Virus record (IMG/VR): IMGVR_UViG_3300023442_000001
Coordinates: 7,299-71,298 of that record
Length of the DNA stretch: 64,000 nt
Direction: 5' to 3' (one strand)
From: a virus
Shown here: positions 10,167-19,607 of the stretch, one piece after another
How positions within the stretch are numbered: position 1 is the stretch's first letter
Layout: every line of letters begins with the position of its first letter
The notes under the pieces: generated by a model
What the model was told of the DNA's origin: nothing
The model's database searches: none
What the model saw: the letters and a program-made list of their open reading frames with translations, nothing else
Translations under genes and position numbers: made by a program

Positions 10167-13100
10167 ATGGCACGTAAATTAAGCGCCCGTTTTCAAATTT
10201 ATAACAAAACAAATATCGACACAAATACGTGGGATGTTTTGGTTAATATCCCAGTTTCAAACGGAGATATTAACGACATTGTTGTTAATTCGGTGATTGT
10301 TTTTGATTTGGGATCTCAAAATTATGTCCGATTTAAAATTACATCTTTAGATACTCAAGGTCCTCCATCTGGAACACAAAGATGGGTCAGAGCTGTTTTT
10401 GACGATGAGGGAACCCCTCCAACCGATATTGGTTGGAATGACGGTATTATAATGGGACCATTTGATTCGTCAATTCCAATCGGATGGGTTACATATGCGG
10501 CCGAACAAGCCCTATCACAGTCTTTAGTCAATTATGCAGATAATATGAATGAATGGGCCGAGAAAAACAAAGGGGCCGAATATGTTAAGGCGGATGCAAC
10601 CGCATTTACTCAAATTTTATCAACAACAGATACTACCGTCCAAAAAGCTTTAGAGACACTCGATACACATACACATGCTTTTTCTACAGATGCGACAGGA
10701 ATCGCGACAGTTACAACGAATTTTAATAATATTTTGTCTGCATCCGATACGGATGTCCAAAAAGCGTTAGATACGTTAGATGACCATAGTCATGAAACTA
10801 CATTAACCATGCAAGTTATGCGGGAACCGACAGGGTTTCCGAATTTAACAGATTCACAATATTCATTTGATTCGACATCTAGAACATTTACAATTCAACC
10901 TGTTTCTGGATCATTTGATATTTGGTATTATGGAAATAAAATTACAAAAACTTCGCCAGATAGTATTGTTATTAGTGATCAGGATGGAGTTCATTTTATA
11001 TATTTTGATTCAAACGGAAATCTTCAAGATTCTTTAACTAGATGGGATCTTTCTCTACACGTCCCTGTCGTAGCTATTTATTGGAATGTTTCAAGACAGG
11101 AAGCCTTTGTTTTAGAAGAACGTCATGGTTTATCTATGGATTGGGCTACACATAAATACCTCCATACAACGATCGGGACACGTTATGTGTCTGGGCTTGA
11201 TTTATTTGGTTATGTTGTAGGAAGTCCTGTTGATAATGATTTACAATTTGGTTTAACAAGCGGAAAAATTGCTGATGAAGATTTAGAACATAATATTGTG
11301 GATTCGATTTCACCGACTAACCCCTTCGAACAAATCCTGTCTAAACCGGCTCAAATTCCTATTATGAGCCTTGAAGGTTCTGGGGTATGGTATGAGACCC
11401 CCCCAACTGATTTCGTTGCTAGAACAGCCGGTACGGGCCGTTTAGCGTATAATTCTTTCGATGGTACGAACTGGATTCAAGTTGAAGCTACAAATAATTA
11501 TTACGTAGCCTATTGGATAGTTGCGACAAATGATATTAATAACCCAATCAAAGCCGTTCAAGGGCAACGTGAAGATTCATCATTAACTGATGCTATTGAT
11601 AATAATACTTGGGATAGTTTAAATTTAGGAACATTTCCATTTACAGAAGCCAAAATTCTTTATCGAATAATTTATAAAACATCAACTGTAGCAACGAATA
11701 CGATTAAAGCACGAATCGACGATGTAGCGGATTTTCGAAATGCTTCACTTTTACCAACATCGACATATGTCGCAACCGATCACGGAACATTATCAGGTCT
11801 AAATGATCCTGATCATCCCGCTTCAGCGATTTATACTCAAACAACGAATTTTAATAATATTTTGTCTTCTTCTGATGTAGATGTTCAATCCGCTTTAGAA
11901 ACCTTAGATGATCATACTCATGATTCTTCATCCACTACTGTTGTTACGACAAACTTTGACGGAATTTTATCTTCTGCTGATACGAATGTTCAATTTGCCT
12001 TAGAAACAATCGATAATCATACACATCCGGCTCCTGCGGCCAATGTAATTTCTACGAATGTTACGAATTTTAATAATATTTTATCAGGAACTGATACGAA
12101 TGTTCAAACGGCATTAGAGACTCTAGATGATCATACTCATATTATAGATTCAACATCTATCAATACAATTACGACAAATTTTAATAATATTCTTTCAGTT
12201 TCAGATACTAATATTCAAAAAGCTTTGGACACCTTGGATGATCATACACACCCTGCTCCAAATGCTTCTGGAGTTGCCACATCAACAACGAATTTTAACG
12301 GAATTCTTTCTTCCGCGGATACTGATATTCAGAAAGCCTTAGATACGTTAGATGATCATACTCATGCCGCACCAAACGCTTCAGCCATTTCTACAGATAC
12401 GACAACATTCAATGGTATTTTATCTGCGGCGGACACAAATATCCAAAATGCATTAAATACTATCGATGATCATAGTCATACAGCCGCTCAAACTTCAACA
12501 AACACGGCTTCATTTTCTGGGATTCTTTCGACTTCCGATGTAGATGTTCAAACCGCATTAGAAACATTAAGTTCCCATGGGCATAATGCTGGAGAAATTT
12601 CATTAAATTCAGCATCATTTAAAGGAATTGTTCGGTCTTCAAATGTTCAAGCAGGAATTACGGATATAGATACATATTTAGCAGATTCTTTAGACATCAT
12701 CGTTGATGCAGCTATAGATGGCACAGATGCGGTTAAAGTTGCCATTCAAAATGGTCATAGAAAAATTGGCTTAAAAAATGGAAATTATGTATGGATCGAT
12801 ACATTATTTGATTTTTCGGACGGAGATTCTTTAGAAATAGTTGGTCTTGGAGAAAATGTAAATATTACAGTAAATACTCCGACATCATCGACTTTCACAA
12901 GTTCAACGGCTACCGGAGTCTTTTCAGGAACGATAGTTGCAACAGGAACCGCTATAGATATTAGTCTAAATAGAATATATACGGCTGCGGATTATACCAC
13001 TAATATTGCGGTGGGAGATATTCTTCATTTAGGTTCTGAATATGATAATGCTTATTTATTCGGAAAATATACAGTTAAATCTGTAACTTCGACATATGTT

Positions 13101-13973
13101 GAAATTAATGAAAAATTTCCATTCACAGAAAATATTCAAGATATGGGAATACAATATTTTTGGACAGCTAAATCTGCAAATGCGTTAACATTCATATTAA
13201 AAAATTTAAATATTACATTTAACGATACCACTAATGAATTTTTAGGTTTTAGTAATTATCCATATTTTAATAAAATTCGTTTTGAAAATGTTATATTTAA
13301 CAATATTGGTAATTTTGATTATGATGCATGGCCAGTTGATGAATATATTGTTAAAAATTGTAAATTCCATTCAACCTCAAATGCTTCAATATATGGTAAT
13401 TTTGTGGCTGAAGATTGCGAATTTAATAATGTAAGAGTTCAATATTTTGCGGGTGCGAAAAATTCTATTTTTGATAAAAATACTGAAACAGCATTAATTT
13501 TAACTAATTTTTTAGGTTATTCTGCATCATATATGATAGACTGTAATTTTCAAAATGCTACCGCTTATATACTAGATTGGAGAGAATTGGGATTGAAAGG
13601 ATTTGTCGCTAAAGGAAATTATGGAACGTTTATGAATACAGTCGATTCTAAAGTTTATAGTATTTCTGGATATTATGGTCAAGAAGAAAATCCAATAATA
13701 AGAACGGTTACGGGATCTGAAACATTACGAATAGATGATCAAATAGTTTTATTGAATTTTTCTGCTTCTGGGACTATTACATTGCCATCTATTGACCTTT
13801 ATGGTTTTCGAAAATTAGTAATAAAAGATATAAGCGGAACAATTTTTCAAAATCCTGTAACAATTGATCCTTCCGGAAATGAAACTATTGATGGTCAACT
13901 TACATTTACATTCGATGTTGATTATGGGGCTTTGACTCTTATTGGAATAGGTGGGAAGTGGCATATTATTTAA
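10167..13973 (+). CDS. tail fibre protein 3 with beta-helix-like distal region
   Basis: N-terminus paralogous to fibre 2 (MARKLSARF), TNFNNILSxxDTxVQxALxTLDDHxH repeats, and a C-terminal IKDISG...W.II domain. Confidence 0.75.
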   Translation: MARKLSARFQIYNKTNIDTNTWDVLVNIPVSNGDINDIVVNSVIVFDLGSQNYVRFKITSLDTQGPPSGTQRWVRAVFDDEGTPPTDIGWNDGIIMGPFDSSIPIGWVTYAAEQALSQSLVNYADNMNEWAEKNKGAEYVKADATAFTQILSTTDTTVQKALETLDTHTHAFSTDATGIATVTTNFNNILSASDTDVQKALDTLDDHSHETTLTMQVMREPTGFPNLTDSQYSFDSTSRTFTIQPVSGSFDIWYYGNKITKTSPDSIVISDQDGVHFIYFDSNGNLQDSLTRWDLSLHVPVVAIYWNVSRQEAFVLEERHGLSMDWATHKYLHTTIGTRYVSGLDLFGYVVGSPVDNDLQFGLTSGKIADEDLEHNIVDSISPTNPFEQILSKPAQIPIMSLEGSGVWYETPPTDFVARTAGTGRLAYNSFDGTNWIQVEATNNYYVAYWIVATNDINNPIKAVQGQREDSSLTDAIDNNTWDSLNLGTFPFTEAKILYRIIYKTSTVATNTIKARIDDVADFRNASLLPTSTYVATDHGTLSGLNDPDHPASAIYTQTTNFNNILSSSDVDVQSALETLDDHTHDSSSTTVVTTNFDGILSSADTNVQFALETIDNHTHPAPAANVISTNVTNFNNILSGTDTNVQTALETLDDHTHIIDSTSINTITTNFNNILSVSDTNIQKALDTLDDHTHPAPNASGVATSTTNFNGILSSADTDIQKALDTLDDHTHAAPNASAISTDTTTFNGILSAADTNIQNALNTIDDHSHTAAQTSTNTASFSGILSTSDVDVQTALETLSSHGHNAGEISLNSASFKGIVRSSNVQAGITDIDTYLADSLDIIVDAAIDGTDAVKVAIQNGHRKIGLKNGNYVWIDTLFDFSDGDSLEIVGLGENVNITVNTPTSSTFTSSTATGVFSGTIVATGTAIDISLNRIYTAADYTTNIAVGDILHLGSEYDNAYLFGKYTVKSVTSTYVEINEKFPFTENIQDMGIQYFWTAKSANALTFILKNLNITFNDTTNEFLGFSNYPYFNKIRFENVIFNNIGNFDYDAWPVDEYIVKNCKFHSTSNASIYGNFVAEDCEFNNVRVQYFAGAKNSIFDKNTETALILTNFLGYSASYMIDCNFQNATAYILDWRELGLKGFVAKGNYGTFMNTVDSKVYSISGYYGQEENPIIRTVTGSETLRIDDQIVLLNFSASGTITLPSIDLYGFRKLVIKDISGTIFQNPVTIDPSGNETIDGQLTFTFDVDYGALTLIGIGGKWHII

Positions 13974-14009
13974 ATAAAACATAATTATAATTATAGTGAG
14001 GATTAAAAA

Positions 14010-15356
14010 ATGACATATTTATTTGGCTTTTCTGGAACATCATCTAAATATGATAAAAAATATGATGCTCTTGTTGATGCTGGTGGTGGAGGAGATTATT
14101 TAGATATTCCAGACGCCATTGCGGCTGGAAAAAAGAAACTTTTAATCGCTCCTGGGACATATAGTTGGAATACAGTCGTCTTAAATGACGGCGATTTTTT
14201 AATGTTAGAAGGTTTAAGTGAAAAACCTGATGATGTTATTATTCAACCGGTTTTGGATTCAACATCCTATGTTTTTGATATTTCAGGAATTAACAATATA
14301 ACAGGTGTGGAATTTATTGGAGGGGATTATTCATATAGTGTAGCGTCAAAAACGGTTTCTTTAATACAAAATTTTGCAAATTATCAAGATTTTACAACTT
14401 TATTTAATGCAAACGATATTATCGGATTTGGTCGACCGGCTCATGACACGGCATGTGTTTCACCATATGCCACGATTACCGCTCTTGATAGTACATCATT
14501 AACTTTTGACGCAAATTTGTATTTTTTTGATGAAAATGATAATTCAAATTATATTAGTATTTTTAAAGAAACTTTGACCCCTCCGTCTTTAATATGTAAA
14601 AATTTAACTTTTGATTGTACGTGTGATACGCCCAATTTATGGGCAACGTTTGTTTATGATGATCCTAATGATGATTGGTCAGTTTGGATTCAAAAATTTA
14701 CAAATGTTAATATTAAATACGTTAATTTTGTTAGTAGTGCAAAATTTAATTATGTTAATAATTGGGGTCGTGTACATCGAGATTCCTTTTTTTATAATGT
14801 TTTTATAGAAGGTGGAAAAATCGAAAATAGTATGAGAATTCCAGGAGGTTTCCATATTATTCATAAAAATTATGGAAGAACTGCTGAATTAGATTTTTCA
14901 GACGGTGGATTTTATGGAATTGGTGTAATTACAGATTCTTGGCTCTATGGCGGGGATACCCCAGATAATAAATATAAACAATATAGTGCTCCTGTTTTTT
15001 CAATGTTGGGTTCATTTACCATGGATAGTGGGTCTTTCCCAAATAAAATTAATGGAATGGTTGGAAAACCAGACGGAACGATATCTTTATCTAATACCTC
15101 TTCGGAAGGAACGGTAATAAAAACTGATTTTATAGCTACAACTTACGGGGCCCAAACTAGAACATTATATTTATCCAATGTTCCGCCATATACTCTATAT
15201 ACGATCAAAGACATAAGTGGAAATGCTTCAGTAAACAATATAACGATTAACACAGGGGATGGGGCTTTAATCGATGGTCAAACATCGATTGTTCTTAATA
15301 CGGATTATAGCTCAGTTACTTTAGTTAACGATGGATCAAATTGGTTCATTATTTAA
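14010..15356 (+). CDS. tail spike / receptor-binding protein (paralog A)
   Basis: VDAGGGGDY..I.DAI...IAPGTY beta-helix cap motif; C-terminal domain shared with neighbours. Confidence 0.65.
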   Translation: MTYLFGFSGTSSKYDKKYDALVDAGGGGDYLDIPDAIAAGKKKLLIAPGTYSWNTVVLNDGDFLMLEGLSEKPDDVIIQPVLDSTSYVFDISGINNITGVEFIGGDYSYSVASKTVSLIQNFANYQDFTTLFNANDIIGFGRPAHDTACVSPYATITALDSTSLTFDANLYFFDENDNSNYISIFKETLTPPSLICKNLTFDCTCDTPNLWATFVYDDPNDDWSVWIQKFTNVNIKYVNFVSSAKFNYVNNWGRVHRDSFFYNVFIEGGKIENSMRIPGGFHIIHKNYGRTAELDFSDGGFYGIGVITDSWLYGGDTPDNKYKQYSAPVFSMLGSFTMDSGSFPNKINGMVGKPDGTISLSNTSSEGTVIKTDFIATTYGAQTRTLYLSNVPPYTLYTIKDISGNASVNNITINTGDGALIDGQTSIVLNTDYSSVTLVNDGSNWFII

Positions 15357-15398
15357 AAAATTGATAATTAATCCCATATAATAAAGGAGAAAGTAAAA

Positions 15399-16736
15399 AT
15401 GACTTACAAATTTGGTTCGGTATCAACTCCCCCGAAGTATGATAAAAAATATGACGCTCTCGTTGACGCTGGTGGTGGAGGAGATTATTTAGATATTCCG
15501 GATGCAATTTCCGCCGGAAAAAAGAAACTTTTAATCGCTCCTGGGACATATAGTTGGAGCACGGTTGTTTTAAACGATGGAGATGTATTAGTTTTAGAAG
15601 GTTTAAGTGAAAAATCTGACGATATTATTATTCAACCGGTTTTAGATGCTTCAACGTCTGTTTTTGATATTTCAGGAATTACTCCTCCGACAAATTTAAC
15701 ATTAACAGGTTATGATTATTCATATTCGTCTGCTTCAAAAAAAGTTTCGTTAATTCAAAATTTTGCGAATTATTCAGATTTTACAACATTATTTTCAGTT
15801 AATGACGTCGTTTCATTTGGGCAGCCTGCTAGACAGACGTCTACATCAGCACCTTACGCGGTCATAACTGCCGTAGATAGTACGTCTTTAACCTTCAATT
15901 CAGATTTATATATTTTTAATCAGAACGATAATACATACAATGTTCATATTTTTAAGGAGGATTGGAATCCTCCAGTATTGGCATGTAATAATTTAACTTT
16001 CGATTGTACATGTGATGCTGCCGTTTGGACTACATTCATAAAAGACAGTTCAACAGATGATTGGGCCGTCTGGATTCAAAAATTTAGAAATGTTAAAATA
16101 AAATATATTAATTATGTTTCGGGATCCTTTTTTGGTTATACAGCGAACTGGGGAAGAGTTCATAAAGAGTCATTTTTTCATAACGTAATGATTGAAGGAA
16201 GTGTTCAAGCTAATGATATGAGAATTCCAAATGGCCTCGGAGTAGTCCATAAAAATTATTCTCAGAGTGCTGATTTAGATTTTTCTGACGGAAGCATTTA
16301 TGCATTAGGGGTCGTTACAGACTCTAGTATTGATGGCGGCGATTATTTTATGACGAAATATAAATTTCAAAATAATCCAGTATGTTCTGTTCTTGGAAAT
16401 CTTACTATGGACCAGCCGATATATACAACTGGAATTGTCGGTATTGTAGGCACCCCAACTGGAACAAGTTTATTTGGTCCAAATACTGGTCGTGTTGGGA
16501 CCGTGACGGAATTGGTCGATACAAGTTCGATACCAGTTACAAAGACGCTATATTTATGGAATATGCCTCCGTATACACCTTATACTATTAAAGATAATGG
16601 AAATGCTGCGACAAACAATATAACAATTAACACAGGGGATGGTGCTCTAATCGACGGACAAAGTTCTATTACGATAAATACGAATTATAGCTCAGTGACC
16701 TTGATTAATGATGGATCAAATTGGTTTATTATTTAA
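15399..16736 (+). CDS. tail spike / receptor-binding protein (paralog B)
   Basis: Colinear paralog of 14010..15356 with near-identical termini. Confidence 0.65.
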   Translation: MTYKFGSVSTPPKYDKKYDALVDAGGGGDYLDIPDAISAGKKKLLIAPGTYSWSTVVLNDGDVLVLEGLSEKSDDIIIQPVLDASTSVFDISGITPPTNLTLTGYDYSYSSASKKVSLIQNFANYSDFTTLFSVNDVVSFGQPARQTSTSAPYAVITAVDSTSLTFNSDLYIFNQNDNTYNVHIFKEDWNPPVLACNNLTFDCTCDAAVWTTFIKDSSTDDWAVWIQKFRNVKIKYINYVSGSFFGYTANWGRVHKESFFHNVMIEGSVQANDMRIPNGLGVVHKNYSQSADLDFSDGSIYALGVVTDSSIDGGDYFMTKYKFQNNPVCSVLGNLTMDQPIYTTGIVGIVGTPTGTSLFGPNTGRVGTVTELVDTSSIPVTKTLYLWNMPPYTPYTIKDNGNAATNNITINTGDGALIDGQSSITINTNYSSVTLINDGSNWFII

Positions 16737-16769
16737 AAAATAAAAAAAATAAAGGAGTTCAGAAAAAAT

Positions 16770-18326
16770 ATGGCTTATATTAAAGGAGCTGAATTTGTTA
16801 TCGAAAGTAAAGGAGCGTTACAGACACATATTCATAAATCTCTATTAGCTCAATCACAAAATTTAAAAGTTGTAGGGCCTGGAGGAGATTATTCTGATAT
16901 TAATTCAGCTTTTGCGGCTGGAGAACAGGCTTTATATTTAAGAAACGGGACACATACTTTAACCGCAGATTATGTTGTTGATCCCGATCAGCCGTTTATC
17001 TTAATGGGTGAGGATATGAGAAAAACAATTTTTAAATTTAGCGATTATAGAATATTATTTGAAGTGTGTGATAAATTTCGACCTGGTGGATTGACAACAT
17101 ATAATAGTACGGCCGGAAGTAATATTATTACGGTGACGACATCTGGATGGGATTATACAACTGAAGGTATCCAGATTGGAGATTTTATACAATTAAGTGG
17201 AGAACCCTCACTATGGTGGTTTAGAGTCACCGGATTCCCAGCTTCAAATCAAATTCAATTAGATCGAAATGTTGTTAGTTCCGCAACAAATCAATATTTT
17301 AAGTGGTCTAGGCATCGGTTTTCATGTAATGTGGACACAACATCGGGAACGGATATTGTAACTTTAAATGCCCCATCAAACCTTAATTTTCAAACTTGGG
17401 GCGTTAAAGCTGGGTGGATTATTGAATTAGATCGATGGTATGAAATTATTGATGTCGGCTCTAATTGGCTTCAAATATCAATTCCTTATATGGGGCCAAC
17501 ACAGACTTATAATAATGTAGATATTGAAGTTGCACATAAAAATTTAATTTTAAAAAATTTAACAATGCAATGTAAAATTGATGATTCTTTCTTTGTCGGA
17601 TATGGATCTGGGCTAATTAATCCTGTTTTGAAGAAACTTTATGTTGAATTAGATCCGAACGGATCGAGTGCATATGAATTAAATTGGAGTGAAGATGGAA
17701 TAAATGGATATATGAATGAATGTTATTTTGTCGGTATTCATGTATATATTCCTCCTTTAAGTAAACTTGAAAATTCATATTTTCGTTTCCCAACGTTTAA
17801 TGTTCCATCGCAAGGTGGACAATATTTTTATTGTGTTTTTGATAGCAATCCGGCTGGTAATAATGTTTTTTATTCATATATGTATAATAATATCAAATGT
17901 AAATTTACGAGTTGTACTTTTTTGAACGTTGGCGATGAATTTTTAAGAATGAAATATTCTCCATTATTAGAGAATTGTATCGGATATGCAGGGACCACAA
18001 AATTTAATGTGTCTAATAATAATGGTAAAATTGTTCGTTATATTTCATCTCCAGGATCATATTGGATAGAAACACAGGCTACTGTTTATTGCGATACAAC
18101 ATCCGGGTCGATGACTGTGTATTTAGCGGAACAACAAGTTGAGGAAGGGTTTAAAATACGTATTGTGGACTGGGGAAATTATGCAGCAACAAACCCAATA
18201 ACAGTAAATCCTGCTAGTTCTACAATAAACGGACAAACTGGATCAGAAACTTTATCAACAAATGGAACTGTTGTCGAATATGAATTCGATGGAGTTTCTA
18301 ATTGGAGAAAAATTGTGTTAAAATAA
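16770..18326 (+). CDS. tail spike / receptor-binding protein C
   Basis: VGPGGDYSDINSA...LRNGTH cap motif; C-terminal DTTSG...IVDWGNYAATNPITV domain. Confidence 0.6.
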   Translation: MAYIKGAEFVIESKGALQTHIHKSLLAQSQNLKVVGPGGDYSDINSAFAAGEQALYLRNGTHTLTADYVVDPDQPFILMGEDMRKTIFKFSDYRILFEVCDKFRPGGLTTYNSTAGSNIITVTTSGWDYTTEGIQIGDFIQLSGEPSLWWFRVTGFPASNQIQLDRNVVSSATNQYFKWSRHRFSCNVDTTSGTDIVTLNAPSNLNFQTWGVKAGWIIELDRWYEIIDVGSNWLQISIPYMGPTQTYNNVDIEVAHKNLILKNLTMQCKIDDSFFVGYGSGLINPVLKKLYVELDPNGSSAYELNWSEDGINGYMNECYFVGIHVYIPPLSKLENSYFRFPTFNVPSQGGQYFYCVFDSNPAGNNVFYSYMYNNIKCKFTSCTFLNVGDEFLRMKYSPLLENCIGYAGTTKFNVSNNNGKIVRYISSPGSYWIETQATVYCDTTSGSMTVYLAEQQVEEGFKIRIVDWGNYAATNPITVNPASSTINGQTGSETLSTNGTVVEYEFDGVSNWRKIVLK

Positions 18327-18362
18327 ATTAATATAGGATGTTTGAAAAAGGAGGAAGAATTT

Positions 18363-18620
18363 ATGAATCTTAGTGAAATTTTTTTCGGAATGTCATTAGA
18401 AGATATTCAAAAAAATGAAGATTATCAGGAATTACGTCGGAAGGCTGTTACTGTCAGAAATCACATTCGAATGATGGTCGATCATCAACTTCAATTACAA
18501 TTAAATCAATTATTTCAAGGCCGTCGGTTTGATCGTATGATTATGGAAGCTCGGAGTAACGAACAAGAATTACGGAAGGTATTATCAGATATTTATATGT
18601 TTTTAAGTGAAAAAATGTAA
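18363..18620 (+). CDS. small helical protein, possible fibre assembly chaperone
   Basis: GGAGG RBS before ATG 18363; last gene before a strong hairpin. Confidence 0.5.
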   Translation: MNLSEIFFGMSLEDIQKNEDYQELRRKAVTVRNHIRMMVDHQLQLQLNQLFQGRRFDRMIMEARSNEQELRKVLSDIYMFLSEKM

Positions 18621-18650
18621 TATTTTTTGATAGTTTTATTTAATATTTAT

Positions 18651-18708
18651 TCTCCCCCCAAGATCTAATGAGCCAATTATTATCATTAGATCTTGGGGGG
18701 AGATTTTT
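18651..18708 (+). terminator. intrinsic terminator (21-bp perfect stem)
   Basis: TCTCCCCCCAAGATCTAATGA / TCATTAGATCTTGGGGGGAGA followed by TTTTT. Confidence 0.85.
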
Positions 18709-18711
18709 AGG

Positions 18712-18722
18712 GTGAGAACAAA
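18712..18722 (+). promoter_or_regulatory. candidate late promoter GTGAGAACAAA (copy 2)
   Basis: Directly after the terminator, upstream of 18768. Confidence 0.7.
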
Positions 18723-18767
18723 GGGGTGACGAGGTTTTTATTGAATTTATGAGGAAAACACGATAAA

Positions 18768-19607
18768 ATGGCCTATATTCTTCCCGATTATATAATTGAT
18801 CAGAACCAATATATCTTACCTGAACAGATTATCGATATCGAAGGGAAAGTTATCCTTCCTGATTTGATGTATTGGATTGATCAATTTATTCGTAAGTCGA
18901 AATTAAATAAAAAACATTATCCAAACCCAATTAATGTTAATGTGAACGATATTTATTTTGATTATATCACATTATATATTGAAAATGGTTATTTCGCGGA
19001 TGATTATGTCGAACGTGGTTTTTCAACACTTTCTTTTATAGAATTATTATTTAATGAAAATTGGAATTCTGATAAATTTACTTATTTATATTCTGAAGTG
19101 ACCGATAGAAAATTATGGCCAAAAAATATTTTAAGACATGCAATGTTATATCCGAAAGAAGCAAGATATTTTATTCCGGATATAAATGGAACATATAATG
19201 TTTTTAGAATTTCACAAACGGATGTTTCTTTATTATATGATATTCATAGATTTAAAACTGGATCTTCGCCGTATATAGAAGGTGATTATATTTTATCTGG
19301 ATATGTCGAAGATGGGCCGCCTCTATTTTCTAATTCTTATTATTTTGAAACCGGATATATAGAAGATGATTATATTGCCGAATCGAATTATTTAAAATCA
19401 AGATATAATTTTGATAATTTAACCGAATTAGGGAAATTAATGTATATTTATTTAGATTTCATGGCGAATAAATCAATAGAAAAAGTGAATTGGAATTACC
19501 CTATGTCTTCTGGTACAAATCTTTTAACAACGTTTTATGAAGCATATATTATGGAATTAATTTTTAATTATTATAGTGAAAAATCTTATTTAGAGGAGAA
19601 TAACTAA
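18768..19607 (+). CDS. putative baseplate-associated protein with Tyr/acidic repeats
   Basis: Three YxExxYxxxxY(V/I) repeats; abuts the large baseplate gene. Confidence 0.5.
   Translation: MAYILPDYIIDQNQYILPEQIIDIEGKVILPDLMYWIDQFIRKSKLNKKHYPNPINVNVNDIYFDYITLYIENGYFADDYVERGFSTLSFIELLFNENWNSDKFTYLYSEVTDRKLWPKNILRHAMLYPKEARYFIPDINGTYNVFRISQTDVSLLYDIHRFKTGSSPYIEGDYILSGYVEDGPPLFSNSYYFETGYIEDDYIAESNYLKSRYNFDNLTELGKLMYIYLDFMANKSIEKVNWNYPMSSGTNLLTTFYEAYIMELIFNYYSEKSYLEENN

Noticed and set aside
9000-12600. Regularly spaced DNA repeats resembling a CRISPR array
   Set aside because: The repeats are in-frame, degenerate at synonymous positions and encode fibre peptide repeats; no cas genes are present.
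14010-16736. Diversity-generating retroelement TR/VR pair in the paralogous spike genes
   Set aside because: No reverse transcriptase in the window, both copies are full genes, and the differences are not adenine-specific by eye.
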